A stretch of 60,359 nucleotides of DNA, filler included, from Hausera hauseri (Eukaryota), in assembly GCA_046269625.1 (NCBI GenBank). It is 11 parts of 11 records of this genome, joined end to end, with 100 filler letters (N's around TTAATTAATTAA, not from the genome) between each part and the next. Parts side by side here need not be neighbours in the genome. Positions count along the whole stretch, not along the records: positions 1 to 4,282 come from JBJURY010659441.1; positions 4,383 to 11,773 come from JBJURY010017788.1; positions 11,874 to 19,178 come from JBJURY010023564.1; 8 more parts are not named here. The stretch is one strand, 5' to 3'. The notes beneath the pieces are model-generated. The model was not told the DNA's origin. It saw only the letters and a list, made by a program, of their open reading frames with translations, and ran no database searches. Of the stretch, positions 1-12,627 are shown piece by piece (positions within the stretch are counted from its first letter, which is position 1; each line of letters begins with the position of its first letter). Made by a program: the position numbers and the translations under genes.

Positions 1-3000
1 GAGAGCCAGTTTTGAAGGCCTGCACATTCAGGCTCACCGCAATGAGTTGAGTCGGATAAAATTATGGAGACAATCAGTTCCGGACACTTGCATATTCAAA
101 TTCACTGGAAGGAGTTGAGTCGGAAAAAATGTTGCAGACAGCCAGTTTCGAACACTGGCATGTTGAGTCGAAAAAAACTATGGATACAGCCAGATTCGTA
201 TACCTGCACATTAGGCCTCACCGCAATGATTTGTGTCGGAAAATATTTTGGAGAGAGATAGTTTCGATCAACTGCATATTTGGCTTCACTGCAATGGTTT
301 GAAACGGAAAAATTTTGGTGAGGGCCAGTTTCGAAGGCCTGCATATTCGGCCTCAGCGCAATGAGTTGAGTCGGAAAAAAATTTGGAATGAGCCAGTTTC
401 GATCACCTGCATATTCGGCCTCAGCGCAATGAGTTGATTCGGAAAAAATTTTGGACACAATCAGTTCCGGACACCTGCATATTCGGACTCACCGCAATGA
501 CTGGAATCGAAAAAAATTATGGAAACAACCAGCTCCGGACACCTGTATATTCGGATTCACCGCAATGAGTTGAGTCGGAAAAAATTATGGAGAGAGCCAG
601 TTTCGAACACCGGCATATTCGGACTCACCGCAATCAGTTGAGTCTAAAAAAATTGTAGAGAGAGCTAGTTTCGAACACCTGCATATTCCGACTCACTGCA
701 ATTAGTTGAGTCGAAACATATTTTAGAGAGAGCTAGTTTCGAACACCTGTATATTTAAACTCACCGCAATGGATTCATTCGGAAAAATTTATGGATTCAA
801 CCAGTTCCGTACACATGTATATTCGGTTTCACCGCAATAAGTTGAGTCGGAAAAAATTTCGGAGCGAGCCAGTTTCGAAGCCCCGCATATTCAGCCTCAC
901 AGCAATAAGTTGAGTCGGATAAAATTATGGAGACAACCCGTTTCGAACACCTGCATATTTCGACTCACCGCAATTAGTTGAGTCGAAAAATATTTGGAGA
1001 CAACCAGTTCCGGACATCTGTATATTCGGATTCACCGCAATGAGTTGAGTCGGAAAAAGTCTTGGCGACAAACAGTTTCGAAGGCCTGCATATTCAGATT
1101 CACCGCAATGGGTTGAGTCGGATAAAATTATGGAGACAACCAGTTCCGGACTCCAGCATATTCGGATTCACCGCAATGATTTGAGTCGGAAAAAATTCTG
1201 TAGACAGGAATTTTCGAACACCTGCATATTTGCACTCACCGCAATTAGTTGAGAAGAAAAGAATTATGGAGACAAGCAGTTCCGAACATTTGCATATACG
1301 GATTCACCGCAATGGGTTGAGTCGGAAAAAATTTTGTAGACAGCAATTTTCTAACACCTGCATATTTGCACTCACCGCAATTAGTTGAGAAGAAAAAAAT
1401 TATGGAGACAAGCAGTTCCGAACATTTGCATATTCGGATTTACCGCAATTAGTTGAGCCGGATAAAATTATGGAGACAACCAGTTCCGGACACCTGCATA
1501 TTCGGCTTCATTGCAATAGGTTGAAACGGAAAAAGATTTGGAGAGAGCCAGTTTCGATCACCTGCGTATTCGGCCTCAGCGCAATGAGTTGATTCGGAAA
1601 AAATTTTAGAGACAGCCAGTTTCGAAGTCCTGCCTATGCAGCCTCAGCGCAATGAGTTGAGTCGGATAAAGTTATGGAGACAAACAGTAACGGAAACCTG
1701 CTTATTCGCATGCACCACAATGAGTTGAGTCGGAAAAAATTTTGGAGAGAGCCAGTTTCGAACCCCTGCCTATACGGACTCACACCAATGGCTTCAGTCG
1801 AAAAAATTATGGAGACAACCAGTTCGGGAAATTTGCATATTCGGATTTACCGCAATGAGTTGAGTCGGAAAAATTTTGGAGACAGCCAGTTTCGAACCCC
1901 TGCCTATTCGGACTCACACCAGTGGCTTCAGTCGAAAAAATTATGGCGACAACCAGTTCGGGACATCTGCATATTCGGATTTACCGCAATGAGTTGAGTC
2001 GGAAAAAATTTTGGAAAGAACCAGTTTCAAAAACCTGCCCATTAGGCCGCACCGCAATGAGTTGAGTCGGAAAAAATTTTGGAGACAGCCAGTTGCGGAC
2101 ACCTGCATATTCATACTCACCGCAATGAGTTGAGTCGAAAGAAATTTTCGAGACAGCCAGTTTCGAACACCTGCATATTCGAACTCACCACAATGGCTTC
2201 AGTCGAAAAACTTATGGAGATAACCAGTTCCGGACATCTGCATATTCGGATTCACCGCAATGACTTGAGTCGGAAAAAATTTTGGAGACAGCCAGTTTCG
2301 AATTCCTGCATATGCAGCCTCAACGCAATGAGTTGAGTCGGAAAAAAATTTGGAGACAGCCAGTTTCGAAAACCTGCATATTCGGATTTACCGCAATGGG
2401 TTGAGTCGGAAAAAATTTTGGAGACAGCCAGTTTCGAACACCTGCATATTCGGACTCACTTCAATGACTTCAGTCGAAAGAATTGTGGAGACAACCAGTT
2501 CCGGACACCTGCATATTCGGACTCACCGCAATGATTTGAGTCGGAGAAAATTATTGACAGTGCCAGTTTCGAACAGCCGGTTATTCGTACACTCCGAAAT
2601 GAATTGGGGCCGAAAAATTTTGGACTGAGCCAGTACAGGATGCACGCATATTCTTACTCACCGCTAGGTGCTGAGTCGGAAAAAAATTTGCACACACAGA
2701 GTTTTGATCAACTGCGTATTCGGCTTCACCACAATGGGTTGAAACGGAAAAAATTTTGGAGAAAGCCAGTTTCGAAGGCTTGCATATTCGGCCTCAGCGC
2801 AATGAGTTGAGTCCGAAAAAATTTTAGAGAGAGCTAGTTTCGAACACCTACATATTCGGCCTCAGCGCAATGAGTTGAGTCGGAAAAAATTTTGGAGATA
2901 ATTTCCAAGGCCTGCTTATTCAGCCTCACCGCAATAAGTTGAGTTGGATAAAATTGTGGAGACAACCAGTTCTGGACATTTGCATATTCGGATTCACCGC

Positions 3001-4282
3001 AATGAGTTGAGTCGGAAAAAATTTTGGAGACAATCAGTTTCGGACACCTGCATATTCGGACTCACGGCAAAAGCTTCAGTCGGAAAAAATTATGGAGACA
3101 ACCAGTTTCGGACAATTGCATGTTCGGATTCACCGCAATAAGTTGAGTCGGAAAAAATTTTGGAGAGGGCCAGTTTAGATTTCTTGCATATCCGGCCTCA
3201 CCGCAATGACATCAGTCGAAAAAATTATGTAGACAACCAGTTCCGGACACCTGCACATTCGTATTCACCACAATGAGTTGAGTCGAAAAAAATTATGGAT
3301 ACAGCCAGTTTCATACAAATGAACATTAGGCCTCACCGCAATGAGTTTAGTCGGAAAAAATTTTGGAGAGAGATAATTTCGATCAACTGCTTATTCGGAT
3401 TCACTGCAATGGTTTGAAACGGAAAAATTTTCGTGAGGGCCAGTTTCGAAGGCCTGCATATTCGGCCTCAGCGCAATGAGTTGAGTCGAAAAAAAATTAG
3501 GAGTGAGCCAGTTTCGATCACCTGCATATTCGGCCTCAGCGCAATGAGTTGATTCGGAAAAAATTTTGGAGAGCGCAAGTTTACAACGCCTGCATATTCA
3601 GCCTCACAGCAATAAGTTGAGTCGGATAAAATTACGGAGACAACCAGTTCCGCACACCTGCATATTCGGATTCACCGCAATGGGTTGAGTCGGAAAAAAT
3701 TTTGGAGAGAGACAGTTTTGAACACATGCATATTCGGACACACCGCAATGAATTCAGTCGGAGAAAATTATAGAGACAACCAGTTCCGGACACCTGTATA
3801 TTCGAATTCACCGCAATGGGCTGAGTCGGAAAAAATTTTGTACACAGGCATTTTCAAACACCTGCATATTCGGACTCACCGCAATTAGTTGAGTCGATAA
3901 TATTTACGGAGTCTACCAGTTCCGGACATTTGCATATTCGGATTCATCGCAATGAGTTTAGGCGGAAAAAAGTTTGGCGAGAGCCAGTTTCGAACACCTG
4001 CATATTCGGATTCACCGCAATGAGTTGAGTCGGAAAAATTTTTAGAGAGAGTTAATTTCGAACACCTGCATATTCGGACTCACCGCAATAAGTTGAAACG
4101 GCAAAAGATATGGAGAGAGTTAATTTCGAAGGCCTGAATATTCGGATTCACCGGAATGAGTTGAGTCGGAAAAAATTATGGATACAGCCAGTTTCATACA
4201 AATGCACATTAGGCCTCACCGCAATGAGTTTAGTCGGAAAAAATTTTGGAGAGAGATAATTTCGATCAACTGCTTATTCGGA
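1..4282. repeat. Tandem satellite DNA, ~68-bp monomer, ~63 diverged copies
   Basis: Consensus TGAGTTGAGTCGGAAAAAATTTTGGAGAGAGCCAGTTTCGAACACCTGCATATTCGGACTCACCGCAA. The GAGTCGG-like core recurs at 49/117 and 165/233/301 (68-bp steps). No unique spacers. Fills the whole contig. Confidence 0.97.
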
Positions 4283-4382
4283 NNNNNNNNNNNNNNNNNN
4301 NNNNNNNNNNNNNNNNNNNNNNNNNNTTAATTAATTAANNNNNNNNNNNNNNNNNNNNNNNNNNNNNNNNNNNNNNNNNNNN
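4283..4382. other. Artificial contig linker (N44-TTAATTAATTAA-N44). Same linker at 11774-11873, 19179-19278, 23570-23669, 30107-30206, 35054-35153, 40947-41046, 45494-45593, 49885-49984 and 54175-54274
   Basis: Ten identical 100-bp blocks carrying stops in all six frames. Flanking sequences are unrelated. Confidence 0.99.
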
Positions 4383-4782
4383 ATGGACAGTGTTGGAAAT
4401 AAAACAAATCGGAATCCATATCACTGTAAGAGTTGGAGAAATAATGAAAAGTAAAAGGCGAATGTTTCAGAAACAAAACTCATGGTTGGACTGATCAGAC
4501 TTTGGCCACAGTAAACTCGATGAAGGAATTTATAGACCTTGTTTTCTCTAAAAAAAACTCTGAAAAAATAGTTATGCGATTCTCGATTCCTTTCGTTGTA
4601 TACCCAATTGGATTGGCAGTGATCGTAATGAGACATCTCCAGAGAAAATCTTCTCACCGATTCACTAAACCATCCAGATCGACCACCCTTCAGACACTAT
4701 ATCACCCCTCCCCCCATGGAAAAATGAAGACTAAAGAAAAAAAATAAACCTAGGTTATAGTAAGAAAAGGAAGAACTTGTAA

Positions 4783-7700
4783 CTATTCGGTTTTGGTATG
4801 TGTCACACGTTGGATTCTATCTATGAACTTCTCCCTGCTGTAAGTACTAAATGTCACTTGGCGTGACCTGTTAGATGTTGGTGGTGCTTGTGGAGTTGTT
4901 CGAGGGAGAGACTCTGTGGATTTTGTGGTGTTTTTGGAGGATGCTACATGTAGAGGCAAAAGTGGAGAAAAAGCCGAAAAGGGAAAATGATCATGCGAAA
5001 AAGGCGAGACTGCAGGTGGAAGCGAATCGTGCGATGAAGGTGAAATGAGCAGCGGAAGTGCAGGCGATGACGGCGAAGTAAATGGTGAAAGAGAAAGGGA
5101 CGATGAAGGAGGTAAAAGATCTGACTGTGATGCGATAGTGATTGCTGCGACGGATAAAAATCATCGAGGAAATTAGATAATGGCTCGAAGGGAGAGAAGT
5201 TGGAGTTAGGATTTGAAACAAGGCTGTTATCCTGGTCATCGTCAACGAAGAATGCTGGCTTAGGATTAGAGATGTGTACATTTTGAGGTTTGTCCTTGCG
5301 TAAAATAGTAGCGGTGTGCGAAGAAAGGTTGAGTAGTTTGTAAAGGCCAACGTATTGAGGCCGAAAATCAGAAGGTGATGGATCCTTCAGCCATACAAAC
5401 TTGGCTGCGTATAAGTCCTCTGGAATATAAGATTTGTCTTTATTTATAAGACGACAAAGGTGTTTGAGTTTACATCTACAAAGTAGAACTGTGCCGCACG
5501 AATAATTCCATCTGACGGAATTTCATCGAGATTGGAGAGCTCGAATAGGGCACGAATTGGTGTCCCAAAAAGAGCCTCAGCTGGAGCAAAACCTGTGGTG
5601 GTGGATGGCGTGTTGCGCCAACCGAGTAGGACACGAGGAAGAATTGAGGTCTAGTTATGATTGTTGTTTGCCAAGATTCTCAAGGAAATCTTCATGGTGC
5701 ATTGAAATCTCTCAAGAAGACCATTTGCTTGGGGATGGTACGGCGTCGTATGGAAATGGGCTATCCTTAAGTGCCTTACAAGTGATTTAAAAAGATCAGC
5801 TTCAAATTGCGGACCCTGGTCCGTTATGATGTGACGTGGTGAGCCGAAACGGCTGACCCATATCTTGATAAATGCATCTGCTACCGAGTCGGTATTGGTT
5901 GAACGAAGAGGAACGGCTTCCGGCCAACGAGAAGCGCGATCCATCATGAATAAGATGTATTGATAGCCGTTATCGGATGGTAAAGGACCAACAAGATCCA
6001 TATGAATAGTGTCAAATCGAGATGTGCAAGGGAAGTGGTAAAGTGGTGGCTTGAGGTGTTTTTGGACCTTGTATTGCTGGCATGCTGCACATCCCTTAAC
6101 CCAGATTTTTACATCTGTACGCATAGTTGGCCATACAACGTGGCGTTGCAGTAGACTAAATGTGGCTTTTAAACCCGGCTGATGAAGAGAGTGAAAATGA
6201 GTGAAAGCTGTCTTTTGTAACGATGGAGCAAGAATGATTTTCTTGTTGGTCGAATTGGAAGTGTCGTAGGCGATGCCATAAGTCATTTCAACAGATTTAA
6301 ATGCTTGGAGAATATCAAACGATGGCTGATTACTTCTCAGGATTTTAGATGAAAAAATTGGCTGAAATGTAATTGAGTTTACCGACCGCGAAAGAAAGTC
6401 TGCTACTAAATTCTCGGTGGCTGAAATATATTTCATGGAAAAACTAAACGTCAACAGGTATGATATCTGTCATTCTTGTCTCGGTGATGGATGTTTTAAC
6501 GTCACTATGTGAAGTAGAGGTTTGGATGGTAAATTTATGTGATAGAAGCAATTGTTTGAAATGCTTTACCGCTAGAACTACAGCCAAAATTTCACGACCG
6601 AATGTTGACTATCGGTTTTCTGGTTGCGTGAGCTTTCTGGAATAGAATTCTAATGGTTCATCGACACCATTGTATATTTGGTGTAATATCGCACCAGTAT
6701 CTATGTTGCAGGCATCGGTGTTTAGTATGAGTTCCGCGTTGGGTTTTGGAAAAGCCAAGATTTCAGCGGTTTTCAGACCTTCACGAAGGCGATCAAATTG
6801 ATTTACTAGATCGGGAGTCAAGTGGATTAATTGTCTTTTCTTCCCAGATGAGAGGTGTGCGAAAGGTGGAGTTAGTTCGGAGCAGTGCGGCACGTATTTG
6901 TGTACGAAATGCTATGTCCCTAGAAAACTCCTCATATTGGTAGTAGTAGTTGGTAACGTCATATTTTTTAATTGTTGTAAGCAATCAGGCTTGGGCGAAT
7001 GACCTTCGGGAGTAATTATGTGGACTAAGAAGTTGACGCGTTTATGGAAGAAATTGCATTTGGCGAAATTGATTTGCAGGTTGCTTTGATGCAATATGTG
7101 GAAAATAATTCTAAAGTGCTCATGATGTTGTTTGATCGAGGTGGAAGCGACTAATATGTCATCTATGTATGGGTGAGCAAAGTCAAGACCTGATAGAACG
7201 GTGTCAATATGGTGCTGAAAGGTCTGAGAGGCGCTATGTAGGCCGAAGGGCATGAAGGTGTATTCATAAAGGCCAAATGGTGTGATGACAGCAGTTTTTG
7301 GAACGTCATCAGGTGCAACAGAAATTTAATGGTAGGCAGATTAATGGTAGAGTAGGTATTGGTGTTATTGAGGCTATGAAGAATATCCTTAATGAGTGGT
7401 AGTGGATAGGTATCTGTAATAGTTACGTTGTTTAATTGTCGATAGTCGCCACATGGCCTGTAAGTACCATCTTTCTTTACTACTACATGAAGTGGAGAGG
7501 TCCATGGAGAATTTGATCTCCGAATGATGCCAGACTTTTCCAGTTCATTAAATTCCCGTTCCACAGGAATACGTTTGCGTGGAGACAAAGGTCTGACCTT
7601 TTGTTTGATAGGCCTCTGATGCTCCGTTACTATATGGTAATAAGTTGTGGATGGAAGCTTGAAGTTGACGTCCCTTTTGACTATGCGAAAGCAAGACGTT

Positions 7701-8330
7701 GTGACGTATAATTTAAGATCGGAGTCTAGAGATAAGAATGATTGAGGCATATCATTAGAAAGAACAGCTGCAGTGATTGACGAAAAGCAACTGGCATTGC
7801 TATTGTCGACACTTAATTTGGATTTTTGTTTTAGAATAAATTCATGATTGTTGTTCATAATTGAAGAAATACCGACTTTATCGGAAACTTTTTTATAGAT
7901 AATGAAGCGTTCAACATGTTTATAAATGCGTGAAATGAATTGCTCGCTAGATTGTTTGCGAGACACATGTTTGGAATTGTGATCGAGTTCCTGCTTAGAA
8001 GACAGCCGTATTTGCAATCGACCAATAGATCATGTGTGGCAAGAAAATCTGAGCCTATTATGGGAGATTCAATATTGGCCACGTGGAACTTCCAGACAAA
8101 CTTATCTGACAAGTTTGCGAAAGTGAAAGTCAGTTGCGTGGTTCCTGCAACATGCAACGGTTGTGCACTGGAGGTGAAAAGCGGAGGACAGGAAATTATA
8201 GTGGATGTAGGGGTGAGGGACAATGGGAGGAGTGAGAAGGCTGCTACTGAATCTATTGGTAATTCGATATAAGGTATCTCTGCATAACAGTGCAGCTTTC
8301 AACAGAAAGACTGTAGAGGCGGTGTTGAAA
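4783..8330 (-). pseudogene. pol: pol (PR-RT-RH-IN plus Ser/Thr/Pro-rich tail) of Gypsy copy 1
   Basis: ORF fragments 7855-8223, 7163-8017, 6912-7253, 6609-6893 and 5651-6454 carry consecutive pol motifs in different frames. The tail ends ...RQVTFSTYSREKFIDRIQRVTHTKTE* at 4783. Confidence 0.92.
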
Positions 8331-8399
8331 CAGTCAGTAGATTGAGCGATATTATCTGCGATATTGCCGTAAAATCTGGCGGCATTATTAATTTTTTGA

Positions 8400-9640
8400 A
8401 GGATTTGGAGAAAAGGAAGATGAGGAAGGAAAAGCAGGAAATTTATATTTGTAGTGTTTACAACCAAACACACATGACCTGGCCTATGACTGATATTTGT
8501 TGTGGTATATGCAGATAGGGTTGTTTTCTGCGTATCGCTCGCTATAAAATCGACAGCCCAAGAAGCATTTCCTTTTATTTTTTCGAAAACGCATGTGATA
8601 GAAGCAAATCATACGTCCGCCAGGTGAAATGGATCGAGTCGAGTGTCTTGAATGCTTCGCTCCCTTGAAGGTCTGGTATCACTTCGTCGAGGCCCATTAA
8701 GATTATTTAGTTGGGTAGTAATGGCCTAAAATGACTGCTGTAACTCGTCAAACTGTTTCTGCATCATTTGCAATTGTTGAGTAAATAATGAGGTGTCTGT
8801 AATTGGAGCACATGTGGTTGCAGCCACAATTGGGAGAGAATTATTCGTGTGGAGAATCTGAAAGGATTTTTCGGCCATTATGGCCAGTTTTTCAATAGCA
8901 GTGGACTCGTCGACAACGGTGAGCAAGGCTATGATTGAGGTAGGCAAAGACGACAAAAATAACGGCGAATTAAATCCGCGTTATTCGTAGGTGTTACTCC
9001 TAAAGCGCTAAGCTGCAGAATGGCCGTTTGGAGAAAATAGGATGGTTTTGGTTGCCTATCGCATGATCGTTAAAGTATTTTCGTATAATGTGATCTATCG
9101 AAGAACCGGTGATATGGAGTACAGCCTCACAGAGTGTTTCGTATGGTGTCGATGATTGGAGCAGTTCGGAGATGTTACTGATCTGCTGCTTCGCGTTGCC
9201 AGGCAGAAGTATCAAAAGGCTACTGGCTCGCACAAAGGAGTCGGTGATGATGTATTTTAGCCACAGTTGGTGGAATTGGAGCCCTGGTTAGCTAAAGTTG
9301 TTTTATCAAGAAAAAAAGCTACACAAGGTAGATTTAGCGAGGCTCCTGTTTGTTGACAATTTGGTAGACGATAAATATTGTATGTATTTGTGTCCGATCC
9401 ACCCGAAGGTGAAAATGGAGCATAAGATGGATGACTGGACGTTCGTGGCATACGAAAGACAGGAGAGAGTCGACAGGATATACAGTGATACCTCGATGTG
9501 TGAAATAGAAGTTAGAAGTGTTGAGTGAGGAGGGCAGAGTTGTATAGGAGCTGCACTGTGACCTTGAGTGGAACTCTAATGGTTTTAATGTGTTTATTAT
9601 TGCTGAAGACCAGGAAGGAGAGTTGCAACGAAGTAATCCC
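8400..9640 (-). pseudogene. gag: gag of Gypsy copy 1 with putative N-terminal ubiquitin-like domain
   Basis: Fragments 9257-9451, 9000-9233 and 8726-8956 (LTVVDESTAIEKLA) are homologous to the other copies. Two CxxH..C...C knuckles at ~8455-8612. HLMLHFHLR/GG across a 1-nt deletion at ~9398-9410. Confidence 0.8.
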
Positions 9641-10519
9641 AGGAGAATGTTGAAATGCATGAGGGGTTGGGCGATTTCCTTCTGGGTTAAGGAGAGGTTC
9701 GGGCGTACAGCTGGGGAAGCAGTGGCAAATGATGATTGTGATAAAGGAACATCCAAATTGAGCTTAAAAATCCCTTAAAATAAAAAATGGTGTTAACTAC
9801 GAAAGATTTGTATATGCGCAAAAAATGGTCGCACTGGCGGGCGTGAATCAGCGAAAAAAATTTCACCAACCTGTGTTTAGATGCCTCTGATAATGGAATG
9901 TCTGCCGGTCGATCGGTGAGGTTGCTGTTGAATCGCAGTACGTCCATTGGATCATTACGGTTGTCTGGTCCAGGAAGTTCGAAGTCCAACACTTGATAAT
10001 GAGCGTCTATTTGACAGACAGACACGTGTTTCTGGCAGATTCAATTTGCTTGTCACTAACTTCATCGCCTTGCAGGAGGCGCATGTCCTTTCGTCATCTT
10101 CCAGCGATATGTGTTGCAATCTAAAACTTTTGGATTCACGAAAATTTCGTCGAACAATTTCGAAGCATTTAACTTTCAAATAGTTTCGACAAGATTCAAT
10201 TAGATCATAGACAATTAAATCCAATGTACCTTTTGGTCGGTTTTTATTGCAAATATGATCAAAAGGAGGTTTCGCTTTCTTAAGAGTATACAGCTCGTGT
10301 GGATTGGATTTCAGTTGCTTCATAGTGCCAGTTGTACTTGTGGCAAACAATTTCAAATTTTTCGAGATCATCGTTTTTGTCCAGTGAATTCAAAGCATAA
10401 GGCATTTCGCCATACCGTCTAATGCGGCATAACAGCTGAGCCATTAAAACAAAATAAAGTTGAATTGTAAATGTGAAGATCAATGACCTGGAGGTACATA
10501 TCGGTAGTTTTAATTTTGT

Positions 10520-11773
10520 CTGAGCAAGTGCCAATAAGAAAGTTTATGAGAACATCGAATTTTTTATTAATCAATTCGTTAAGCATATCGGCGAACATAA
10601 ATGTAATAATGACAGCGTTTTCAAAGTTTTCTGTAGACTGAATTGTTAGCAGAATTAATAATTTCTTCCTGATATTGAAAAATTGTAGTGCAGCAATCGA
10701 TGGCTGAGTAAACAACCCCCCAAACATGACACTTGACCATTGGATAGTATGATCGATTGTGTAGAGGAAATTCTTCAATGTACAAACTGGAATTGACTTT
10801 TCTGTTGGATATTGTGATGAACTGTACGATTCAATCAAGTGAGGAATGACAACTTGGACGTTCGTTCCTAAAGTGCCCGACTCGAGCAACGGTTTTTGAT
10901 AGAAGACACATTGTCTACACATGTACATTCTGGCGTCAATAGTATCCAGTGCCTTTGCAACAATCTCAATACTGTCGAAAAACGAATCGTCAAAGAAAGA
11001 CTCGGTTTCTTTACCAACTTTTAAATCGAGCGCTTGAGTGTTAATACTGGGGTTAATATTTTTGGTGGCTTTTGCCGCAGTCAACAATTTCAATTTGCCG
11101 ATATCCGACGGTCGGAAAAGAAACTGTCGATTAAGATTGGACTTATCTATATTGTCCATAGCGGTAATTATAACTTCACCATTGATCTGACCCTCGAACA
11201 TCGATCAAACACCCATTAGAGCAAAGCTTTTCAACAATGCACAACCAATTTCACCGGATTCGACTATAAACAATTTTAAATGGGAAAGCTTCTGTTGAAA
11301 ATAAACGCTGAAAAAGGAAATCTGGCCTCCATATCCGTCTTATGATTTGTACTCTATGTGAGTAGATTTGGATCCATTAGCAATGCTTTCTGACTCGCTA
11401 CTGTCCGGTAAACATTCCAGTGCGTCGAAATAAAAGGATTGTTTAATCGGAAAGAATCTTGATGAAGTTGCTTTCAATACATCCTATGCTGTAATACCAC
11501 CTATTACAGCCTGCGTCGGCTCTAGATTTCCATTAGTATAGTTGAAAAATGACGAATCAAGTTCTTCATTTAACTCGATATTTAGAAACGCTGTTTCATA
11601 GATCTCTTTCAGCTGTTTTAAGAGACTTGGAAAGTCATTCGGATATATCTTATCCACCGAAGATAACAACAAACGCAATTGTTCGGGTCTTCCCATTTTG
11701 GCAAAATCACTCAACAACTTCCGGTGATTTGTAAGTTTCTTAAAGACTTGAACGATTCAATATGCGGCATTTT
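10520..11773 (-). pseudogene. UBA1: Ubiquitin-activating enzyme E1 (UBA1-like) internal fragment, decayed, no introns seen
   Basis: SDFAKM, QAVIGGITA, degenerate nucleotide-binding loop [49 protein letters not shown], catalytic-Cys motif IPVCTLKNF and DHTIQW. In-frame stops and frameshifts are present. Confidence 0.92.
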
Positions 11774-12286
11774 NNNNNNNNNNNNNNNNNNNNNNNNNNN
11801 NNNNNNNNNNNNNNNNNTTAATTAATTAANNNNNNNNNNNNNNNNNNNNNNNNNNNNNNNNNNNNNNNNNNNNGCTATTTACAGGCTCACTGTTTTGGGA
11901 CCATCAACCGTTGGTAAATAACGTTTCCCACTTCCCCACAAACGATATGCCAGTTCTGGATCACTTTTTGTCCTCGTCCCGTGCTTCTGCGCGGCATCCG
12001 ATCGACTTCGTTTCTTCGCCATTCGATGAGTCTTCCGTGTCCCATCATTTCTATGTGTCACACATGACCGTGCACCGCTTCCTTCTAACATCCGCATTTC
12101 TTTGTGCACTTGCTCTGCATTCTGGGTGCACCGTGCACCTGTGCGCGTGTTTTTTGAAATCTCCATGCACGAATCTGCCAAGCCAGTGCCTGTGTGCGCA
12201 TCAAGCACGCTTTGTATTGGCTGCATGGGGGAGCGAACAGAGGGTGATCCAGAACCGGCCTTTTTATACTACTCTCGTTTCTCCAT

Positions 12287-12627
12287 TGTACGTAATTGCA
12301 TCCAATGGAGTAAGTAAATCGGATATTTGATAAACTGAAAGACAATTCACCGATAATTTCTGATGACTGGATAAATCGTCTTTTATTGAGAATGAAGAAC
12401 GATATTAAAGTGGTTGAAGCGCAGAATGAAGCGATGTTGCTAAAGATAGGTGAAATGTTGTTAAACTATTTGAATGAGATATATGATAATCTTCTCGTCT
12501 AATTCGACTGATTAAATTCTTAAATTGGAGATTCGGACCCGAATATTGATTTGACGTGGCGATAGAGGACGCCCGGCCGTGCCTAATCAAAATGAGCCAA
12601 AGGGCATCGGCTGTCGTGGGTACCACG
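12287..12627 (-). repeat. Candidate 3' LTR of Gypsy copy 2
   Basis: On the minus strand it follows a G-run (CACGGGGGCG), contains AATAAA at ~12383 and ends ...ACGTACA. No matching 5' copy was found in the contig. Confidence 0.4.

Larger units (their letters stand above)
4705..9780 (-). mobile_element. Ty3/Gypsy retrotransposon copy 1 (CsRn1/Kabuki-like), near full internal region, decayed
   Basis: Order gag, PR (IIGSDFL), RT (SPWTSPLHVV, RPCGDYRQLN, MPFGL, YIDDIL), RNase H (LNTDA, NLVADFLSR), integrase (H..H..C..C, HMDLVGPLP, TDQGPQFE, YHPQANGLLER). CHCC-type Gag knuckles. Purine tract GGGGGGAGGGG at 4705-4715. Many frameshifts and stops. The 5' boundary is approximate. Confidence 0.95.

Noticed and set aside
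1-4282. CRISPR array or repeat-protein gene
   Set aside because: The whole 68-bp unit repeats with no unique spacers and no cas genes. The period is not a multiple of 3, so the short ORFs are translation artefacts of the satellite.
4283-4382. TTAATTAATTAA as a biological repeat, and ORFs running into the N blocks
   Set aside because: It is an identical synthetic six-frame-stop linker. Gene neighbourhoods across linkers (e.g. env with NRPS, or Maverick with innexin) are not real.
7940-8272. Antisense ORFs over Gypsy protease regions (also 16255-16497, 26834-27166, 36913-37191)
   Set aside because: They are shadows of the pol frame, with no conserved start, length or recognisable motif.
11874-12345. 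Overlapping ORFs at the start of contig 3
   Set aside because: No recognisable protein. More likely non-coding repeat flank.
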